Below, piece after piece: positions 13,876 through 26,029 of a stretch of DNA of 64,000 bases. The notes beneath the pieces are model-generated. The model ran no database searches, was not told the origin of the DNA, and worked only from the letters and a program-made list of their open reading frames with translations. The number at the start of each line of letters is the position of its first letter. The first letter of the stretch is position 1. The stretch is from the NCBI RefSeq assembly GCF_036971445.1, contig NC_091475.1, positions 33,790,001-33,854,000 on the forward strand, in the 5' to 3' direction. This DNA is from Narcine bancroftii (Eukaryota). A program made the translations under genes and the position numbers.

Positions 13876-16294
13876 TAAAAAATTTGGACGGATAGATCAA
13901 TAGGAAGGATATGGACCAAAGCCGGGAAATGGACGTGCCCAAAATGCAAACCGTGTGACTCTTATGTTGGTGTGGCCCAGTAGCACAGCAGATAGAATCT
14001 CTGCCTCACAGTGCCAGCAGCAAAGGTTCAATCCTGATCTCAGGTGCTGTCTGTGGAGTTTGCACATTCTCTTATGACCAGAGTAGCCCAGTTCCCTCCA
14101 GTTTCATCCCACTGCCTAAAGGTGTGCGAGATGGTTGCTGTAAATTGATCCGAGAGTGTTGGTTGGTGATAGAATCCGAGGGAAATGTGGGGAGAATAAA
14201 ACGATTAGTGTAAAATTAAGTCTTTGAAGGCTGGCACAAACTTGATGGGTCAAAGGGCTTATTTCTGAGGCAACTTCAGTGTAATCGCTGATTTCCATAG
14301 CTGTTACAATGCAGAGGCTTCTATTTGCATTTGGCACTGACCCCACAACTCTTACCCCAGGTACATTGCACAATACACCCCCATTTTTGTAAAGTCATCA
14401 AACTCCCTGCTAAAACATTGCCTAAAATCTGATTGTAAAGTACAGAGATTTCTAGCTGTGGATATCTGGGCTGAGTGTTTGGGGAAGTGGAATGTACAAT
14501 AAATCATTAATTGCAACCAGAACTGACTGGCAGGTCTGAAATAGTTGTGGTTACGTGAATGCAGATTGAACTCATTTAAGTCGTCATGTAACTCGGCTGT
14601 TTGTATTCAGAATGCAACAGCAACTGAGATAAAGTTTTAACTGTCTATTCTGCATCTTATTTGGAAAGATTTGTGGAATGCATTTGAGTACATTATAGCC
14701 AGTGAAGTACTTTGGATGCATAGCAACTCTGATTCTTTTGTATGCAGCAAGGCCCTGCAATGTAATAATGGACAAATAATCTGTCCAGGTTTTATTGAAA
14801 AAGATACACTGGAGAAAACTCATGTACTTCCCCCCACCCCCCCTTCCCCTACCACCACCACGCCCCCCCTCCCCACCACCATGTCTCCTCCCCTCCCCCC
14901 CACCCCGACAAGAGAAATTTTAGACAGGGCTTTGGATTAACATTTAATTCAGAAGGCTGCAGACAGAACTTTCTGACTGCTGAACCCTCTACTCCACTGA
15001 GATATGAAAACTGAATTTCCAATTTAAACGGTCCCACTCTCCGAGTTCATATTGTGTTATGATAAAGGGTCCTGACCCAAAACCATGACCGTCGCTTCTT
15101 TCCATGGATGCTGCCTGACCCAGAGTCAGCTTTCACCTATTTGTTCAAAGTTCCAGCATCTGTAGATTTTATACTTTTCTCAGAACATAATAGGAACATC
15201 TGGCCCATTGAGCCTGCTCCAGTATTCAATAAAATCATGGCTGATCTGGCTGTGGACTCGGCTCTCTTTACCCATAGATCCCAATAACCCTTAATTCCCC
15301 TATTCTTCAAAAATCTCTCTCTCTGTCTTAAATACATTTAATGAGGCAGCCTCCATGTTTCTTTGTGAAGCCCACAAAAGATCTCCATGAAAATAGGTTA
15401 CCACAAATCAACTTTCATTCCACTATTTATACTGTTGCCCTGCATTGGAACACCATTGTTACCAAGTCTTCAGGCAAATTTTCCCAAAATGAAACATTTA
15501 ATTGGGGTTTGAAACAGACTTACATTGAGGACCAGGAGAGGAGTTTGTGTAGATAAATGTCTATCTGATTGAAACATAAGAACATTTTTTTCATAGCATG
15601 GGCTATGTGTTGAATAAACAAGAACCAAACATTTCCAAAGAATGAATATTAGAATATTCTTTTCTGTTTAAACTTGAGCATCAGGAATGCAAATCATGAA
15701 ACCTGTTTGAAGTTTCAAATCAAAGGTCAGTCAATGCATGCAATCCTATGCTTAGATATTTAAACAGGAAACGATAAAGATCAGATGGCAATTTCAAGGT
15801 ACTGTATCGCCCAAATAAAATCTCATTGGATGAGCTCATTGTAGGTATAAAGAATCAGATCACAACATTCTTTCACATCAACATTCAGCACTCTGTCTGA
15901 CAGTACACCTCGAACTGATAATCAAAGCAAATTAACTTTTCAAAACACCTTCCTAAATTTTGCCCAAGCTCTTCACATTTTTCTTGTACCTCTGGGAGAC
16001 TTTGAGTTGTCAGAATATGGTCTGAGTCTCTCTGATCATTTACCATCAATCTGCATATTACTGTATTGTGAAGATTGGCAGAAACAATTGGGAACCTTTC
16101 CAGACACCAGAGGCAGAACTTTGTGACCAGTGAGGTCCAGAGATTCCTCCAACAATTTTTTGATCAGATATAGAAGAATGAGATGGTCAAAAATATTCAA
16201 GGTGAGGGAGAAAGCTTATTTTACATGGTACAGGTTGATGGATTCTTGACCTCTTAGGAAATCCCACTATCCATGTATAGGACATGCATTACAC

Positions 16295-16658
16295 CAGCGG
16301 TTCTCAACCATTTTCTTTCCACTCACATACAACTTTAAGTAATCCCTATGCCATCGGTGCCTTGTGATTAATAAGGGATTGCTTAAGGTGTGATGTGAGT
16401 GGGTTGAGAACCACTGCTCCAGACCCAATTGTTACCGAAATATTTTGTTTGATGAAAATTGTTATTGGTCCATTTCCTTTGGAGTTATGAAACCGTACAC
16501 ATAATGAGTCAATTAGGTATGATTAAAAGTGATTTTCAAACTTTTTCTTTCCACCCACATACCACCTTAAGCAATCCCTTACTAATCACAGAGCGCCGAT
16601 GGCATAGGGATTACTTAAAGTGGTACATAAGTGGAAAGAAAGAGGTTGAGAACCACTG
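16295..16658. mobile_element. hAT-type MITE
   Basis: TIRs CAGCGGTTCTCAACC / GGTTGAGAACCACTG, perfect 8-bp TSD CATTACAC. Confidence 0.88.
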
Positions 16659-16895
16659 CATTACACATTTTGTAATTAACAAAAGAGTAACACAATGAAA
16701 ACCCAGCTTTAAGGGCTGTTGAAGCTTTAAGGGCTGTTGAAGTTCAGTCACCAGCGAATTCAAGGCAGACATTATTACATTTGGATATGAAGAGAATCAG
16801 GGGAAATGGGGTGAGTGCAAGGTTGGACCAGAGGTAGAAGATTTTACTGAAGGGCAGAGTGGGTTCAAATGGCTGTATAGCTTACTCCTGCTTGG

Positions 16896-17520
16896 GTGAC
16901 CAAATGTAAGTTCTTGGAAGTCATTATCTCGAAGGATCTTTCCTGGACCCAACACACGAATGGCATCATGAAGAAAGCACATCAGTGCCTATACTTCCTC
17001 AGGAGTTTGCAGAGGTTTGGTATGACATCGGAAACCCTGGAAAATTTCTTCAGACATATGGTGGAAAGTGTGCTGACCAGCTGCGTCACAGTCTGCTTCC
17101 CTGCAAAAGGTAGTGGACACAGCCCAGGAAATCGCACACAAATCCCTCCCCACTAATCAGAACATCTACAGGGAACACTGCTGTAGGAGAACAGCAGCAA
17201 TCATCAAGGATCCACCTCACCCAGCACATCAGGAAAGAGGTAGTGATGCCACCAGGTGCAGGAACAGCTGCTACCCCTCCACCATCAGACTCCTCAACAA
17301 TAAACTCAATCAGGGACTCACTTAAGGACTCTTGTACTTTATTGATTTTTTTTCCTCTCTGTATTTCACAGTTATTTCTTTATTTGTATATATGTGTAGG
17401 TCAAGTACGTTTTTGTTTGCACTACAAATAAGTGGCAATTCTGTCTCACCCACAGGAAAAAGAATCTCAGGGATGTATGTGATGTCACGTATGTTCTCTG
17501 ACAATAAATCTTAAATCTGC
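16896..17520 (+). mobile_element. Rex1-type LINE 3' fragment; similar pieces at ~330-750, 2160-3100, 18020-18630, 35790-35970, 41870-42930 and 57240-57800
   Basis: KFLEVIISKDLSWTQH...KKAHQCLYFLRSLQRFG and a shared 3' UTR. Confidence 0.72.
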
Positions 17521-19636
17521 TTCTTATAATCATTTCTGCAACTAGCCCTGGCAGGATACAAGCTCCCATACTGTCACTGCAGGCACTTAATTCGACCCAA
17601 TCAAAAAACAACTTTTCACAATAATGTAGCAAATGACAGTCCTTGCCGATAGAAAATGAACTGCACTTTAATTTAAATTTAAAAATACAGCTCGGTAACA
17701 GGCCCTTCTGGCCCATGAGCCCATGCCGCCCAAATACACCCATGTGGTGCATTAACGTACCAATCCTGTACATCTATGGAACATCAAAGCAACCAGAGTA
17801 TCTGGAGGAAACCCACGAAGACACAAGAACAAATTCCTTTCAGGTGGAGTGGATTTGAACATGTGTTGCTGGTGTTGTGATAGCACTGCACTAACTGCTA
17901 TGCTAACCATGTGGCCGTAACTTGCTTCCATTGTCCGCTAACCCCTGCTGTTCCTTCCAGCTACTGGTTCAAATGTTGCCCCAGACAGCATCGTGTCCAC
18001 GAGCTCTACCTCCTGAAGTGAAAAGAACACCGCTACTTTCGAAGAACATGAGGAGATTTGACATGTCATCGAATACTCTTATCAGACTGCTACAGATGCA
18101 CTGTGGAAATGCACTAACTGGTTGCATCACAGCCTAGTTTAGGAATTAGTGTCCCCAGGAATGCAGAAGGCGGCAGAAGGTAGCAAACATAGCCAGATTC
18201 ATCACAGACTCTGATCTCCCATCTACTGTTGACATCAATGAATGTCCCCATCACCTTGCTCACAATCTCATCTCACTGCTACTTTCAGGCAGAAGGTACA
18301 AATACCTGAAAACTAGCATCTTTAGGTCCAAGAGCAATTTGGTTTCCAATTTCTCATTAGGGTAGCACAAGAACCTCTCCATACAACCCTAGTCCTAACC
18401 TTACACAATTCCAGAGCAACCAAAAGATCTGTACTATTTAAACATCGCTTCTTTCCAGCAGTGACTGCAACTGTGAATATTTATCCATCCTTTTATATTT
18501 ATTGTTTTTATTTCTGTATTGGCACATTGTGATAATTTATACTGTTGAAGTTGGTTATTCTTGGCTATCTGCAACAAGTAAGAATTTTGCTGCATCTGTA
18601 GATTGTACATAACAAAAAAGTTTTGTATCGCTCTGCCACATCCATTGAGGACACACAGTAAAGCCTAATCCTCTCTCTCCAGTCTCCTTGCTCTCACCGA
18701 CCATGCTTATTGTCACAGGTATAAAGGTACAGCAAGAATGTTCATTTTGTGTGCAATCCAACTGGTCAACCCACAGTACAGCAGTAAAATGACAGTAGAA
18801 TGCAGAATTAAGAGAGATCAGTTACAACAGAGCAATGGCAACATAACTAGGGTGAGGTCCATTCAGAAGTCTGATGACAGCAGGAAAGAAGATCTGTACA
18901 ACAACTTTCTCATCATTTGCTCTTCAGGTTCCAGGCACTGTGCAACAACAGTTGACAGTCCACAAACCATTCTGCCCATTGCTCTGGTGCCCCCACCTCA
19001 CTTGAGGTTGAACTGCACACCAGCAATATCCAGGGGGGATTGAAGCTCAAGGCCTTCACAGCCAAGGAATCACAAGGGGGTTCAAGAGGAGTGTGTGCAG
19101 CCCTCCTACCCAGCAAGACCATATCCCAGGTCTTGGGGGAGGTGGATACTTCATATGATTCACACCAATCCCATGAGATAGAGACGACGCAAGTGGGGAG
19201 CATTAATCCAGGTAACATGGAGCACTGTTAATGGTGAGCTGGCTCAGCAGGCAGAATTCACCGGCCACAGGGTCATGGTGGAGAGGTGAAATGCAGAGGG
19301 TTGAACTTGAGGAGGAAGCCAAAGAGGGATGGTGGGGAAAGGGAGGGAAGAGGAATGGGGAGGAGGTGAGGGAGGAAAGGGGGGGGGGGGAGAAAGAGAG
19401 GAAAATAGGAGATAGATGAGGAAGCGAGCACAGAGGGAAGAAGGGGAGGGAGAATGAGAGGTTGGGAGGAAGATGAGGGGAAGAAAGGGAAAGAGAGCAC
19501 ATGACAAGGGAGGGGAAGGGAGGATGGGAAGAGGCATGGAGGATAGAGTCTGAGGCGGGGGAAGTCGAAGGGAGCAGTGATGGGCAGGGGAGAGGACCCA
19601 TGAGGGATTCCTGAGTTTGATGCACTCTGAGCTCAC

Positions 19637-20170
19637 CCACAGGAGGGCAAGTGTAGGATCCTGGCTAAAGGCGGCATCCGAGGAAACCACCCTCCTCCAC
19701 CCCCCCCCCCCCCCCCCCGAGCCCCTGTACCGGGCCGCCGGTGACAGCCCGCCGGGGTAGGAAGCTCCCAGTCCGGGGAGAGGGAACGGCCGGACCTGGC
19801 CGCCCACCGTGCCGGGGCACCTCCTGCCACGCTTGTACTCACGCTGCCTGCAGCCCCCTCACACCGGCACCGAGTGGCCCCAGACCGCCATCCCCGCCGC
19901 CGCCGCCGCTCGCGTCTCCCTCCGGCCACGTAGCGCAGGGGAGGCGGGGAGCAGGGGGCGCGGAGCGCGCACACGCGGGCCGAAGCGCGCGGCCGGATCG
20001 GCGGGGCAGTGTTCACCCCGAACTCCGGGTGTGCATCCCAACACACACACTCGGAGCTCTGGATATATAACTCCACACATCCAGGACTCCGTGGGTCCTC
20101 CCCGACACACAGCCCCAACTCCAGGTAAGTCGCCAGCAAACAGTCCGAACTCCTGGTCGGCAACCCAACA
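19637..20170 (-). promoter_or_regulatory. CpG island with probable non-coding first exon and promoter of the PHLDB gene
   Basis: Very GC- and CpG-rich non-repeat segment with GCC/CGG runs. A minus-strand donor TGG|gtgagc at 19637/19636 points toward the 4989 acceptor. TSS not determinable. Confidence 0.6.
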
Positions 20171-20499
20171 CACACTGGTCAACGCAAATACACCCCAACA
20201 CACACCCGAGATCGGGTGGATACTCACACCCATTCCAAACTCTGGCTGCACAACCCCCAATTCACACTCCAAACTTAAGATGTACACCCCAACACCCTTC
20301 CATATACCCGGTGAGCACATCCCATCACCAAGTGCTCATGCAAACCAACACCCAGCACACCACGTATACATACCCACACACCCCCTTCTCACTGGGCGTG
20401 CAGCCCTGTCATAGCATGTGCACCTCAGCATCCCTTAAACCACCATCACCATCACCAGCCCCCTCCATCACCAAGGGTACACTGACCTCCTCCATCACT

Positions 20500-21150
20500 G
20501 AATGTATACTCCAACGCATCCCCCATCACTGGGTGTCCACCCCAACGCACCTCCATCACCGGGTGTCCACTCCAACACATCTCCACCACCGTGTCGACTC
20601 CAACGCACCTCCATCATTGGGTCTCCACCCCAACACACTCCATCATTGGGTGTACAACACAACCCAACCCAACACACTCCATCATTGGGCATACAACCCA
20701 ATGCACCTCCAACACCGGGTGTCCACTCCAACACATCTCCACCACCGTGTCGACTCCAACACACCTCCATCATTGGGTGTCCACCCCAACACACTCCATC
20801 ATTGGGTGTACAACCCAACACACTCCATCATTGGGCATACAACCCAATGCACCTCCATCACCGGGTGTCCACTCCAACACATCTCCACCACCATGTCGAC
20901 TCCAACGCACCTCCATCATTGGGTGTCCACCCCAACACACTCCATCATTGGGTGTCCACCCCAACACACTCCATCATTGGGTGTACAACCCAACACACTC
21001 CATCATTGGGCATACAACCCAATGCACCTCCATCACCGGGTGTCCACTCCAACACATCTCCACCACCATGTCGACTCCAACGCACCTCCATCATTGGGTG
21101 TCCACCCCAACACACTCCAGCACCAGGTGTCCTCCTCAACACACCTCCAA
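20500..21150. repeat. ~29-bp minisatellite with higher-order organisation
   Basis: Variants of ccaacacactccatcattgggtgtccacc; the GTCGAC-bearing variant recurs at 20593, 20749, 20895 and 21070. Confidence 0.92.
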
Positions 21151-21674
21151 ACACCAGGTACAATAAAACATATCCCAGATCACCCTATGAACAATTCAAG
21201 ACATCCTTGGTGAGCACATTCGAGATGGGCTGAAGAGCCTGTTATTCCTTGGTGCCATGTAATATTCTACTTGTGTAACATCCATGTATTATAAATATTT
21301 CAGTAAAACTTGGATTAACATTTTCCTGACAATGGCTGAGGTCTATACCATTGAATATTTTTAAAGATAAATATTTGATAAACTGGGGATCCTAGTTTAT
21401 TATGAGTAAGGGGAATGCAGAGTTAAGGTTACATTCTGTTGATTTTAATAGGTGTTGCAGATTTGAGGGGCCAAATCTTGCTCTTGATCTCCAAGTTTGT
21501 GTTCATATTTATTAGGGAAACTGGTATATGCACACACAGAATAGGCTTTTGCACTAATGCTAAGATTTTGGATTTTGACTGATCCAACACCCAAGAGCCA
21601 ATGTAGTTTCACATCATGTTGACACTCCATATTGTCTCCTACAGACCCAGTTCCATCTCTCCCATATCTCTCAA

Positions 21675-22681
21675 TGTTTTTGAAGGGGATAGATTGTGGG
21701 GGTTAGTGTAGGTCACAAACACAAACACTTTACAAAACAGATCTCATTTAAAATGCAAGAGCTTTGCTCAAATCAGACACCCCGGGCCCAGGGCCTTTGT
21801 AGGAACAATGAAAACTGTTTTGCTAGAGGTTTTCATGAGGAGGTGAAAATAGAAGAACCCGAGCTCAAGAGACTTCACAAGTTAGTGTTAATTGGACATG
21901 CTGTGGAGTAATGGATTATTGTTTTGAAAGCAACAGATGAACGGGCTCAGAAGTTTGGGTCTGGTGCCACAATCTAAGAATGCAGTTGCTGTTCTAAGAT
22001 GATCATGTGGTTTTGCAAAGGGGGGAGGGGGTAGAGAGCCCTTCTGCAGTGGCTTTTGGAGGCTGCAGCATGCCAGCTGGTAGCTTGTTGAAACCCCATT
22101 TTGAAGATGGGTTGTGAATTCTGATTTCAGCCTGTTGAAACCCTTGTAGTCCTTACAAGAGGAAATGGCTGGTTAGAGTTTCACCTGAAATAAGGGAAAC
22201 AAGAGGAACTTGGTGGTGGCCTGGACAAAGAGGTTATCATTTGGAAAACCCTGATGGGGCAAGTTTCTTCGGCAAGACACTAAAGTGGCTGATCGGAGGG
22301 TATCAGTTTGTGTATGTCCAACGAGCAACAAATCTCTCTGAAACCAACAAGAACCTTCCTGAGTGGTAACCAATTACCTTTAAGTACCAGAGCTTGGGGA
22401 AAATTCATAAATGTTAATTTCTGTGCACAGTATAAGAATTGCCTGATACCGGTGACTTGGAAAAGTGAAGGAAGATTGGACTGTGAATCAAATAACTTTT
22501 CTGAACTTATACACATTACATACATGTGTGCTTAGAATTAGAATGGGGTTAATAGTAATAAGTTAAAGTTTGATCCTTTTTAATGTTTAAAGAAAATTAA
22601 AAGTAATTTTTGTTTAAGTAACCATTTGTCTTAGTAAATTTCTATTGCTGCTGGATTTTGCGGTCCTCTGGGCCCATAACA
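21675..22681 (+). mobile_element. LTR-like element (~1 kb)
   Basis: Ends ...GGGCCCATAACA; homologous in opposite orientation to 54573-55290. Left boundary and strand approximate. Confidence 0.6.
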
Positions 22682-24393
22682 TTACCTCATACTGCTTGGA
22701 AAAGAAGCCATTAAAGCACTCATTCTACCCAGCCACACTCTCTTCATCCCCTTCCTGTTAGGAAGAATCATGAATGTGTTTTCACACACGACCAGATTCA
22801 AAGGCAGTTTCTTGCTTACCATATCAGTCCCCGAATGAATCCCAAAACAGTAAAATTATGCTGCCTTTGCTCTGTACCAATCGATCTCTCTCAATAACCC
22901 TGATGTCTTACTTGTACTATGCACGAGATGTCCATTGGTCTGATTGCAAAACAATCTCTATCATTGCATCTTTGGTAAACATGACAATAGAAATAGATTT
23001 GGAAATGTTTCACTTAATCTTTTACAGTTTTGTTTTGCAACAGTATCAATTATCCAGTTATTTCATAATTTTTGTTTATCCTTTTCCTATACAGGTTCAT
23101 GGCTTGAAATTTGCTTGTTCTCATTTGGAGGCACTGAAACAACTTTGGGTGCACGATACAGTGCTCGTGCGAGATCTCAAGGTAGACTCAAATCAGGCAA
23201 AAGAAAATCTTGCACTGTGCTTGTGGACAGAAAATTTAATTGAAGAGCAGTGATAAATTTGAGGTGGCTTGTTGTTTTTATTGTCACATTCAAACTAGAC
23301 AAGAATGAAAATGTTTATTTTATATTATCTTGCCACATCTAAGAAATAAATTGATGCATGTTTTACACTCAATTGTTTTGGGTGCAGTTTCATTAATATA
23401 GTGTGTGTCAGTTGTGTTTATATATGTTGATACAATGGCTATAGCAGCAGAAATATTCCAATTAATTTAAAAATTTTATTTAATTAAATATAATTAAATT
23501 TTGGATGGCATGGTTGGTGTAGTGTAATGCCTTTACAGTGCCAGCGATCAGGAGCTGGATTTGAATCCCATGCTGTCTGTAAGGAGTTTGAATATTCTCC
23601 CAGTGTCTGCGTGGGTTTTCTCTCCATTGTTCATAACGTACTGGGAGTGAGGGTTAATTGGGTGTAAATTTGGCGGACGGACTCATGGACTGAAATGGCC
23701 AGTTACCATGCTCTATATCTAATTTTTTTTTAAATCATGAGTCTGCTACCAGAAGAGAATTTGCCCCACATATTTTACCAGAGGACAATGTTCCTTATAA
23801 AGTATCAGAAGTAGCTGAAACACTTTACCCTCCAGATGTGGAAATAGGAATCCTAGTTTTCACAAGTAAACCTCAAGCAATGCTTAAGATATCAATGTAA
23901 TGAAATGGACTGAGTGAATTCTTTAAACACAATATATAATCTGATTACTTTTTTCATTTACAATAAAGAGACGAGTCAGTATGCAGATACTGAGAAAGGA
24001 AAATTGTCAATAATCATCAATCATTGCAATCCCAGTGTTAGAGAATACCTGCTGATGGAGCTGGGTCCAGAAACACTTGCCAAAAATACATTTAATCAAA
24101 TATTCGACTTGATGAGACACAATCCCGTTCTGGTTTCTAGTGCAGACCACAACTTTGCACCTGTTTTGCGCTTTGATTTCAATCCTTGTAATAAAATGTA
24201 ATAATTAAAAGTAGATGAGATTTTCAGATTTGCTGTTCCTAATCAATGTTAGAGTTTACATTTATCCTCCAAGCAAATGCATCTGTGCACACATAACCAC
24301 ACATGCTCTCAAAGAGTATACGTACACTATCATGCAACATCTCTTACTCACATGGTCTCTCCCTATCACAGACAATTTTGCTGTCTCTCTCTG

Positions 24394-24985
24394 ACACACA
24401 CTCCCTCACTCTCACACACTCCCTCACTCTCACACACTCCCTCACTCTCACACACTCCCTCACTCTCACACACTCCCTCACTCACACACTCCCTCACTCT
24501 CACACACTCCCTCACTCTCACACACCCCCTCACTCTCACACACCCCCTCACTCTCACACACCCCCTCACTCTCACACACCCCCTCACTCTCACACACCCC
24601 CTCACTCTCACACACCCCCTCACTCTCACACACCCCCTCACTCTCACACACCCCCTCACTCTCACACACTCCCTCACTCTCACACACTTCCATTCTCACA
24701 CACTTCCATTCTCACACACTTCCATTCTCACACACTTCCATTCACACACTTCCATTCACACACTTCCATTCTCACACACTTCCATTCTCACACACTTCCA
24801 TTCTCACACACTTCCATTCTCACACACTTCCATTCTCACACACTTCCATTCTCACACACTTCCATTCTCACACACTTCCATTCTCACACACTTCCATTCT
24901 CACACACTTCCATTCTCACACACTTCCATTCTCACACACTTCCATTCTCACACACTTCCATTCTCACACACTTCCATTCTCACAA
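24394..24985. repeat. Compound minisatellite: (CTCCCTCACTCTCACACA)n, 18 bp, switching to (CTTCCATTCTCACACA)n, 16 bp, near 24687
   Basis: Direct read-out. Confidence 0.95.
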
Positions 24986-26029
24986 ACTCATTTAGACACA
25001 GTGATTTTGGAATGTCACCTTCAGCATTTTCTTTTATTTCAGATTTCAAGCTGCTCTTTCAATGTTTTCAGACAACACAAACTTATGTTTTAAAAACATG
25101 ATAACTTTTGCAGAAAAGCTTTGAGAAAATAAAAAACCTGCAGTCAATTGAAATCTGAGATTAAAACAGAAAATGTTAGAAACAGTAAGCAAGTCACCCA
25201 GCATCTATGGAAAGAGGAACAGAGCTAACATTTCAGGTTGCAGACCATTCATATGAACTGAGGAGAGAAAAACAATTTAGTTTTAATTTGCAACGAGATG
25301 GGGAATGGATAGGACAAAGGGAATGTCCACGACAGGACAAGTCCATGGTTGCCACAGAGATGAGTTGTGAGATGCTCTGGTCAAATCAGTTAGTGGGAAA
25401 GTTAGAGAGTGACAACACAAACAAAGCATGGTACCATGTTGCAAATGGCAGTTTAGGGCGTGTTAATGGAGAGAGGAGAACTCACGCTTCAGTTGAATAA
25501 CAATAATAGCCAGTTCTAAATATAAACACATCTGGTCTATTATCCTCCTGCTGTGAAACTTGTACATCTGTTTTTATAATCCAATTCATGTGTAAATTTA
25601 TCACAGAAGCATAAAACACCAGACGCTGAAGCTGCTGAAAAGAGTCAGCAGGTCGGGCAGTATCTGTGGAGGAGTTCATTTCATCTCAATGATTTCTCAT
25701 CATTAAAGGTAAAGGGAATATTAAGATGCAGAGTGAGGTAGGTAGGGGAGGGGAAGGGGGTCAGAGATAAAGGAAACAAAGGTTGGAATGGGAAGGACTG
25801 TGATGATAAATGACAGAAGGAACAAGGTATAGGCGGGTGGGAGTGATGGAACTGGGTCTGTAGGAGACAAATAAATGTGTGAAATTACCTGCAGAAAACA
25901 CAGCGATAAAAATGTGTTTAATCTCAAAGGAATGAAAGTGATTTGCCTGTTATGTTAAAATAATTGACTAAAATGAGAAATTAAAGATGGCGCAAAAGGC
26001 AATGAAGTCTGAAGATTAGAAATAAAAAG

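Noticed and set aside
16706-16742. 18-bp tandem duplication AGCTTTAAGGGCTGTTGA
   Set aside because: Simple slippage duplication within a LINE remnant.
20311-21233. Long His/Pro/Thr-rich ORFs (300, 243 and 191 aa)
   Set aside because: Translations of the minisatellite, open in several frames, with no splice or homology support.
24277-25101. 274-aa and 230-aa ORFs
   Set aside because: Stop-free by composition of the G-less tandem repeat.
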